Shown one piece after another: positions 18,625 to 26,857 of a stretch of 64,000 nt of DNA. The notes under the pieces were generated by a model. It searched no databases. It worked only from the letters and a program-made list of their open reading frames with translations, and was not told where the DNA came from. The translations under genes and the position numbers were made by a program. The first letter of the stretch is position 1. The number at the start of each line of letters is the position of its first letter. The stretch covers positions 77,502-141,501 of the forward strand of contig JBHWTK010000033.1 in NCBI GenBank assembly GCA_043427975.1, read 5' to 3'. The stretch comes from Chloroflexia bacterium (GTDB lineage: Bacteria > Chloroflexota > Chloroflexia > Thermomicrobiales > UBA6265).

Positions 18625-18857
18625 GTGAACGGATTGAATCCCGGTTGCTGACAGCGGCCGCGGCGATCAAAGCACCACTGCGGACACTGACAGACGCAAC
18701 CACAGACGCGGCGCAATCGAACTGGGAGCTTGCACATTGGCAACGTTCGGATGCTTGCCAAGAGGTGTTTGAGAGCTGCCACCAACTGCAACAGGCAATC
18801 GATAATGCCGAGCGGATGCTTTCACAAGCGCCACCGCTACCAAAGCGCAAACGATGA
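18621..18857 (+). CDS. hypothetical small protein (island)
   Basis: GTG start overlapping the upstream stop; 78 aa with a basic C-terminus KRKR. Confidence 0.4.
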   Translation: MSERIESRLLTAAAAIKAPLRTLTDATTDAAQSNWELAHWQRSDACQEVFESCHQLQQAIDNAERMLSQAPPLPKRKR

Positions 18858-18957
18858 AACACAGCCGAAGTGGAGAGATGCAAGCGGCTTGGACCAATAC
18901 CGGGCCGCTTTTGCGTTGTGGAAAGAAGACGAGGCGTTTATTTGCCCTGTAAGCGTA

Positions 18958-19055
18958 GAAAAGGGGTGAACCCTAGTCAGTACCCGCGTAACGGGCTATC
19001 GAATTAGCTACCCGGCAAAGAGTTGCAAACAGCGGCATGTTCGCATGATGTTCTG
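18958..19055 (+). repeat. imperfect direct repeat R1 (about 95 bp)
   Basis: aaagggGTGAACCCTAGTCAGTACCCgcGTaAcGGCTATCGAATTagCTACCCGGCAAAGAgtTGCAAAC... aligns with 19755-19865 at roughly 80% identity by eye. Confidence 0.75.
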
Positions 19056-19103
19056 AATTTAAGGGGTCTTTGAAACTTGGGGACCTAGTGATACCCTGAA
19101 AAG

Positions 19104-19601
19104 ATGAAGCTAGTTATACTCAGCGGGCCCACGGGCGCCGGTAAAAATACGATAGCGGAATTGGTAGCGCAGCAGCGGGGTCGGTGTGCGGGGATCGACT
19201 TCGATGTGCTCCGCAATATGTTTCTTAAGCCCCATTTGACTCCTTGGGACGGCGACGCCGGGCATCGTCAGAACGTCTTGGGCGTTGACCATGCCTGTAT
19301 GTTGGCTAGCAGCCTCCTTGCCAATGGCTATGACTGCATAATCCTGGATGTGTTGAGTGATGAAACGGCATCCTTATACAAGGAAAGACTGAGTCACCAC
19401 GATCCGGTCATCGTTCAGCTTTTACCCACATATGACGAAATACTGAGGCGGAATCGTACGAGACCGCCTCGGCTGACTGATGAGGAGCTGGAAATGGTGT
19501 ACCAAGGTCAACTGGAGTTTTCGATGTTCGACGAACGAATAGACAACACTGGTCTTTCACCTCAAGAGGCGGCAGATCGCATTCTCGCGATGATTGCATA
19601 G
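19104..19601 (+). CDS. small P-loop NTPase/kinase (AAA_33 / zeta-toxin-like fold class)
   Basis: Walker A ILSGPTGAGKNT at residues 5-16; 165 aa; lines sampled here are about 43-50% GC by hand count versus about 60% in flanking host genes. Confidence 0.65.
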   Translation: MKLVILSGPTGAGKNTIAELVAQQRGRCAGIDFDVLRNMFLKPHLTPWDGDAGHRQNVLGVDHACMLASSLLANGYDCIILDVLSDETASLYKERLSHHDPVIVQLLPTYDEILRRNRTRPPRLTDEELEMVYQGQLEFSMFDERIDNTGLSPQEAADRILAMIA

Positions 19602-19754
19602 ATGATAAGTTCAAGCTGCATATCTCGACGTAGCACCTCACCGGCGTAGAAATCACCTAGGAATCCAGCAGATAGAAGACTATTCAGCACCATTCCGCCC
19701 AGTGGAAGAAGCGTGGCCTGGATAAAGTAGCCCTAGGATCGATTCTAAGCGCCT

Positions 19755-19865
19755 GAAAGGGCTGCACCCTAGTCAGTACCCATGTGAATGGCTATCGAAT
19801 TCCCTACCCGGCAAAGAATCGCAAACTCGGACATGCTCGCGTTGTGTTCGGAACTGATGTTCTGG
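19755..19865 (+). repeat. imperfect direct repeat R2 (partner of R1)
   Basis: gaaagggCTGCACCCTAGTCAGTACCCatGTgAatGGCTATCGAATTccCTACCCGGCAAAGAatCGCAAAC... Confidence 0.75.
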
Positions 19866-19911
19866 ATTGGCACCACGGTTGCAACGTAGGTGACTAACGG
19901 TCAGCGAGCCC

Positions 19912-21584
<1,673 letters not shown>

Positions 21585-21627
21585 ATCGCGAGAGTACCTG
21601 TTAGCACATTGAAGAATGGCAGGTGAT

Positions 21628-22389
21628 ATGGAACTAGCCCTTGTGATTGCGATTGTGGCGGCCGGATTTGCAGGCTGGACGGCCTGGGAATCCCGACGAT
21701 CTGCGGGCGCTGCTTTGGCATCCGCAAAGGCGGCGGAGAGTTCGGCGGCAGCGTCACAAGTGGCCGTGCAACTGGAATCAAAACGGTTCGAATGGGAGCA
21801 GAGCGCACGACTTGCGCTCACAGAGCGGAGTGCATATCAAGGCCACCTAAACACCGTGCTGGCTGCCCAGCTGAACAACGTGGTGAATGCGGCAGTGAAT
21901 GACTGGCCGGAGTACATCGCTTTTGAGTTCCGAAATGTCGGGCAAGCACCAGCCACCGATATAGATGTTCAAGCGCATTATCTGGGAGATGTGTTCAGGC
22001 CGCAAGACAGCGTGAAGGCAACGGTGGCGAGTGGTGAGACGGTGCACTTCGTTTTCAATGTGAAGACGTTTCCAACCGGACGTGCTGACATGATGAAATT
22101 TCTATTGCTCGTCAAATACCACGATATTCGGCCGCATGAGCTGGCACTACAAATGGCCGTTTACTCAAAAACCGGAGGGCCGGACAATCCGTATCTTGCA
22201 CATAACAAAGACGGTGCCTTCTACAAGCCTTCGGTTGTTCTGGCAGAGCTTGACGGTGCTCGGCACGAAGAGATGGAAACCGGCGACGTCGTTTGGGTGG
22301 ATGCGTCGCTAAAGATAGCTCGCGAGGAACGGAGACGAATGCGACGCGGCGATTTCGAATCAGGTGCAAAACAACCGTCCACTATGTAG
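21628..22389 (+). CDS. membrane-anchored hypothetical protein A1 (paralogue of 23235-23921)
   Basis: N-terminal hydrophobic helix MELALVIAIVAAGFAGWTAW followed by ESRRSAG; C-terminal domain with a FRNVGQAPA block reminiscent of a beta-sandwich; start at ATG 21628, supported by the conserved upstream GGCAGGTGAT. Confidence 0.7.
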   Translation: MELALVIAIVAAGFAGWTAWESRRSAGAALASAKAAESSAAASQVAVQLESKRFEWEQSARLALTERSAYQGHLNTVLAAQLNNVVNAAVNDWPEYIAFEFRNVGQAPATDIDVQAHYLGDVFRPQDSVKATVASGETVHFVFNVKTFPTGRADMMKFLLLVKYHDIRPHELALQMAVYSKTGGPDNPYLAHNKDGAFYKPSVVLAELDGARHEEMETGDVVWVDASLKIAREERRRMRRGDFESGAKQPSTM

Positions 22390-22416
22390 CGTTCGCATTC
22401 GATGGGCAGGGGAGAG

Positions 22417-23166
22417 ATGAGCAAGCCAAGCCGCAAAAGCAAGCGACAGCCGCGCCTTGGCATTTGCGTGTACTGCGGCATAAGCGGCGAAGTCACGAGA
22501 GACCATGTGATTCCCCGTGGCATGTTCCACCACCGAGCGAACTCCACCTTTACCGTTGATGCTTGCAGGGCATGTAACGTGGACAAGTCCAGATACGATC
22601 CTGAGCTGCGAGATTTTGCAATATCGAACATGAACTCGGGTCAGCATCCATACCACGACGAGATATTGCACCGCATGTTCCGAGCAGTAAGCCGTAATCA
22701 ATCGCGGATTGGAAGGCGTATCAAGTGGCTAGCAAGGCCACGGACGTTCGTGCATAACGGCGAGATTATCGACGGAGTTTCAGTCCCTATCGACGGAGAG
22801 GACCAGCGAAAGGCTGTTGCGTACATCGCCAAAGCGGTTTGGTATCGGCATTTCGATGAGGTGGCAACGGACGGCATGTTGGAGAGCCGATATTTTGACA
22901 TGTTCGCAATCAAGCCGGAGGTGATGATGCTGGAGATCACGGAATCGCAGCCGCCAATCCAGTTGCTCGACAAGGAAGGTGTCGCGCTCATCTGTGGTTG
23001 GCCGTTCGTTGTTGGTGATCGGGGTCGAAAGGTACTGTTCATAACTATGCGCTTCTATGGTGGCCCTGCTTATAGCGTTGTGATGGACAATCGCCGTAGT
23101 GAGCCGCTCGAAGATGAAGTGCCGATAGCCAAGATCGTGGCAAGCGGTGATCGTGCCGACGATTAA
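22417..23166 (+). CDS. HNH endonuclease-motif protein with uncharacterised C-terminal domain
   Basis: CVYCGISGEVTRDHVIPRG...CRACNVDKS (CxxC...DH...CxxCN..K beta-beta-alpha-metal finger); about 185 aa downstream unassigned; start ATG 22417 with a GGGGAGAG RBS (alternative 22402). Confidence 0.75.
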   Translation: MSKPSRKSKRQPRLGICVYCGISGEVTRDHVIPRGMFHHRANSTFTVDACRACNVDKSRYDPELRDFAISNMNSGQHPYHDEILHRMFRAVSRNQSRIGRRIKWLARPRTFVHNGEIIDGVSVPIDGEDQRKAVAYIAKAVWYRHFDEVATDGMLESRYFDMFAIKPEVMMLEITESQPPIQLLDKEGVALICGWPFVVGDRGRKVLFITMRFYGGPAYSVVMDNRRSEPLEDEVPIAKIVASGDRADD

Positions 23167-23234
23167 TGTTGATCGGTTGATCTATGGTGAGCCGAAAAGT
23201 TGCATGTTAGCTGTTAGAGGGAACGGCAGGCGAT

Positions 23235-23921
23235 ATGGAGCTAACCATTGCAATCCTCGGCTTGACAGTCGCGATTCTTGCCGCCGGATTTGCGGGCTGG
23301 ACCGCGTGGGAATCGCGACGATCTGCCGGTGCTTCTATAGCGTCTGCGAAGGCGGCAGAGAGTTCGGCAGCGGCGTCTGAGAAAGCCGTGCAGCTGGAGG
23401 CGCAGCGTTTTGACTGGGAGCGAACTGCGAGGCTTGTGCTGGTACGAAGAATGGTTAGCATCCATCAAGTTGAGCAGTTCGAGAACGCGGACCATATCCA
23501 ATGGCCAAGCGCGGTGGGACTGGAGCTTTCCAACGCAGGCCAAGCGCCTGCGCTTGGCCTGAAGATAGGGGCCTTGATTCTTGGAGAATATCATTTGCCC
23601 GTGCATTCCCCCAGTCAGTCAATCGGGCCGGGTGATTCAGCAGTCACTTACTTCGAGCTTCGGGATATAACGCTGCCGCCGGATCACTTGCTGCGCATGG
23701 TGGTCACCTGCCAGTATCACGATGTTGGTGCTCACGAATTGACGCTTCACTTGGCGCTTCATTCCAAGTCAGGTGCTCCAACCGATTCCCACCTCAGGCA
23801 CAACCGATATGGCAATTACTACCTGCCGTCAGTCACAGCTGCACGTCTAGACGGCGCGGACCTTGAAGGCTGGGAAACCGGAGACGTAATAGAACTCCGT
23901 AGAGGTGAGCTAAGACACTGA
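23235..23921 (+). CDS. membrane-anchored hypothetical protein A2 (paralogue of 21628-22389)
   Basis: MELTIAILGLTVAILAAGFAGWTAWESRRSAGASIASAKAAESSAAAS is nearly identical to A1; shared C-terminal YHD..HEL..SK.G.P..H.N..Y.PSV..LDGA..ETGDV. Confidence 0.7.
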   Translation: MELTIAILGLTVAILAAGFAGWTAWESRRSAGASIASAKAAESSAAASEKAVQLEAQRFDWERTARLVLVRRMVSIHQVEQFENADHIQWPSAVGLELSNAGQAPALGLKIGALILGEYHLPVHSPSQSIGPGDSAVTYFELRDITLPPDHLLRMVVTCQYHDVGAHELTLHLALHSKSGAPTDSHLRHNRYGNYYLPSVTAARLDGADLEGWETGDVIELRRGELRH

Positions 23922-24052
23922 ATCAGCCATCAACCTGATGCTCTGTCACCTTGGTTGCAGTATCGGAAGCCAACTGGGACGCACCGAATTGTAGCTCGGA
24001 CGCCTCTATTGTTTGACGACTATGAAGTAGTGCAAAGCGTAAGGAGCGACAC

Positions 24053-25834
24053 TTGACTGAGGTAAATGAAGCGGCTGAAATCGATCCGATTACTACTTTG
24101 GCGGTCTCGATGCAGGCCCAGCAAGGCACATTTGCTTTACTTCTCGGTTCTGGCGTATCGCAATCCGCACAGATTCCAACCGGATGGGCTATTATCGAGG
24201 ACTTGATTAGGCGCATCGCCAAAGTCGAGGGCCATGAGATTCAAGGGAAGCCCACAGACTGGTACCAGGAAACCTACGGCGAAGAACCTGACTACAGTCG
24301 ATTGCTTGACGCACTATCAACGACCCCACTGGAACGAAGCCAGATCATCAAGCGGTTCATTGAGCCAACAGAAGAAGAGCGTGAGGTAGGGGTGAAGCAG
24401 CCGACCTTAGCGCACCGGTCGATTGCCTCACTCGTTGCCAAGGGCTACGTCAAAGTCATCGTCACTACGAATTTTGACCGGCTGCTCGAAACGGCATTGG
24501 CTGACGCAGGGGTGGTGCCTTCGGTGATTAGCACACCCGATGACGTCCAGGGGACACTGCCCTTGGCGCACAACGCTTGTACCATCATCAAAATCCATGG
24601 TGACTATCTTGATTCCCGCATTCGCAATACCACCGACGAGTTGTCTAACTACCCGGTAGAGATGAGGAACCTCTTATCCCAGGTGTTTCGGGAGTATGGG
24701 CTAATCGTGAGCGGCTGGTCAGGGGATTGGGATCACGCGTTGTGCGAGGCGATGTGTGAGACGTTAAGTCCGTGGTTTCCCACGTACTGGGTTTCCTATC
24801 GAGAACCAGGTAAGAAAGCGCAGGGGATTGTCGAGCAGCGGGGCGGCAAGCTGATAACAAACATGGGAGCAGACGCATTCTTTGAACGGTTGGCAGACAG
24901 CGTTGCAGCGGTGGAAGATATGCAGAATCCTGAACTGGTCTCCGTTGATATTGCTGTAGCAACGCTGAAACGGTATCTTGATGATCCTTCCAAGCGCATC
25001 CGTCTTCACGATTTGGTGATTGGGGAAGCTACCCGTGTTCAACGGTCACTCATCGAAGTTCCGGCAGGTTATTTCCTTGAGAACCCAACCCAGGAATCCG
25101 TCGTCAATCGATTGGAATCTTATGAAGCGAGTACCGCTGTACTTCGGGCTCTATTTATCACCGGATGTTACTGGTCGGCAGATGACCACGATCTCCGCCC
25201 TTGGGTTACTGCGCTGGAGCGCCTTGCTGCCTTAGGAAATGGACCAGGAACCTTCCATCGTCATTGGGTAGCGCTACGGCGATACCCGGCACTCCTAACG
25301 CTTTTTGCCGGCGGAATTGCCGCGCTGGCGAACCGTCGGTTCAAGACTCTCCATGCGTTGCTCTATCAACCGGCATCAATTGATATTTATCGACATGAAC
25401 GCAATCCCATGGTCATTTCTGTCCATCAGGCGTTGTTCGAACCGGTGGCCGATCTTCTCTATCCCGGATACTACTCCGACACAGCCGCAAGCCTGCGAAT
25501 GCGAAATACCGAATCTCTGTGGTCGGTGCTGCGAGAATACGTCCCGGACCAAGATCGATTCAAAGAGCTGTTCAACGAGTTCGAGTATCTATTCGGGCTC
25601 GTCCACACAGACTTGGCTCACCAGCATGATTTCGGCGCGTGGTATCCAACCGGTCTACTTCCATACCTTGGGCACGGTTATGACCGTGACAAACTAATCG
25701 AGCGGATGGACAGGGAGGTTCAGGAAATGCAGAGCCAGTGGCCACCGTTGCAAGCTGGGATGTTTAGCGGGTCACTCGGACGGTTACAGGAGGTCAAACA
25801 AGAATTCGATGAACGGCTGAAGAAGCGTCATTAG
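24053..25834 (+). CDS. SIR2_2-family (sirtuin-like) protein with about 300-aa uncharacterised C-terminal region
   Basis: FALLLGSGVSQSAQIPTGW (Gly-rich NAD loop), VIVTTNFDRLLE, IIKIHGDYLD; TTG start 7 nt after AAGGAG. Confidence 0.8.
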   Translation: MTEVNEAAEIDPITTLAVSMQAQQGTFALLLGSGVSQSAQIPTGWAIIEDLIRRIAKVEGHEIQGKPTDWYQETYGEEPDYSRLLDALSTTPLERSQIIKRFIEPTEEEREVGVKQPTLAHRSIASLVAKGYVKVIVTTNFDRLLETALADAGVVPSVISTPDDVQGTLPLAHNACTIIKIHGDYLDSRIRNTTDELSNYPVEMRNLLSQVFREYGLIVSGWSGDWDHALCEAMCETLSPWFPTYWVSYREPGKKAQGIVEQRGGKLITNMGADAFFERLADSVAAVEDMQNPELVSVDIAVATLKRYLDDPSKRIRLHDLVIGEATRVQRSLIEVPAGYFLENPTQESVVNRLESYEASTAVLRALFITGCYWSADDHDLRPWVTALERLAALGNGPGTFHRHWVALRRYPALLTLFAGGIAALANRRFKTLHALLYQPASIDIYRHERNPMVISVHQALFEPVADLLYPGYYSDTAASLRMRNTESLWSVLREYVPDQDRFKELFNEFEYLFGLVHTDLAHQHDFGAWYPTGLLPYLGHGYDRDKLIERMDREVQEMQSQWPPLQAGMFSGSLGRLQEVKQEFDERLKKRH

Positions 25835-25882
25835 CATTTACGTTGAGGTAGCAGAGGAGGCGAGCGAAGAGATGCGAAATCA

Positions 25883-25922
25883 TCACGCCGCCAAATAGCA
25901 TTCACGCCGCCGTCACGCCGCC
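25883..25922 (+). repeat. 3 x TCACGCCGCC (candidate integrase arm-type sites, right arm)
   Basis: Copies at 25883-25892, 25902-25911 and 25913-25922, in the same orientation as the left-arm copies. Confidence 0.6.
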
Positions 25923-25987
25923 ACGAAAAACAGTGAACCGGCCACCCTGTATGAGTGGCCGATTTCCTTGATTCTATAGGGTTTCCG

Positions 25988-26032
25988 GGGGTGCCTAACG
26001 GGTTTCGAACCCGTAACCTCTTGTTCCACAGA
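25988..26032. repeat. attR: 45-bp direct repeat inside the intact tRNA-His gene
   Basis: Identical to 11646-11690. Confidence 0.9.
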
Positions 26033-26062
26033 CAAGCGCTCTGCCGTTGAGCTATAGGCACC
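25990..26062 (-). tRNA. tRNA-His (anticodon GTG)
   Basis: Cloverleaf with extra G-1 opposite C73, acceptor GTGCCTA/TAGGCAC, anticodon loop CUGUGGA, TTCGAAA T-loop; followed by CCC rather than CCA. Confidence 0.9.
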
Positions 26063-26074
26063 GTGTAAACGTGT

Positions 26075-26415
26075 TTGAAGAAGGAGGTGTAAGCCGAGTT
26101 CTGTTCTAAATGGTCATCTCTCTCAACCCGGAGGCTGGTCACATCGTCGCCTTTGTGACGGCTCTCGACTTCCGGCCTTGGCGAGCAGCCTAATTGCGGC
26201 CGAATCGGAGATTGCTGCGGGGAGGATTGCCCTTTTCACTCCGCGGTCGCCCGCGGCTTTGGTCTCTGTTGCTCTCGCACGGTTGCCCGTACGCCAATCT
26301 GGACTGTCGATCCGCCAAAGCGGACCTCCCTGGTTTTCACCAGGCACCCTTGCTCTACGCAGCCCGGACTTTCCTCTGGTAGCATGTGCCACCAGCGACC
26401 ATCCCCTTGCTTCCC
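26075..26415 (-). ncRNA. rnpB: RNase P RNA (bacterial type A)
   Basis: Minus strand contains AGAGGAAAGUCCGGGCUGC (26362-26375 region) and ACAGAACUCGGCUUAC (P4 strands), plus UUAGGCUGCU...GAUGACC...; ends estimated from P1 pairing GAAGCAAGG/CCUCCUUCUUC. Confidence 0.85.
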
Positions 26416-26857
26416 AAGCACGTTAACATCTTAAGGTGCGGCTGCGTATGCACGCAGCATCGCCGTCCCTTCGCTACCGCTCAGGGCACCCGTATTTATA
26501 CATCATTCCCTCCTGGATGTCACACGCTTTGCCAAGCCACATCTGCCAACAAGGCGGGACCTCCTGGCTCGCGACTCTCTCCCAAGATCAACTGAATCAC
26601 CATCCATAAGCTTCCCCGAAATGGAGTCGGATCACGTGCATCCAGCCCGCGTCGGTATATTGGTGACTGGTGGTTAGGCTAATTCGCACGTCTCCTCTCG
26701 ACTTAATTTTGCGAAGTCGTGGGTTTACGGATATGGTTTTGGTAGGGTGATGTCAGAAGGTCTGTTGTCATTCGTTTATTGGGGACGCATTTGGCAACGT
26801 ATGTCGGATGCGAGCAGCGTGCACGTTAGTCGGCTTTGAGGCCGGCGGGAGGTAGTG

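Noticed and set aside
23923-24222. 99-aa minus-strand ORF in the gap between A2 and the SIR2 gene
   Set aside because: It overlaps the SIR2 start and its strong RBS and has no RBS or motif of its own. The gap is more likely a promoter or spacer.
26123-26426. Several 60-90 aa ORFs on both strands (26123-26392, 26178-26426, 26194-26382, 26236-26421)
   Set aside because: They lie entirely inside RNase P RNA, which has its conserved P4 strands present, so they are treated as non-coding.
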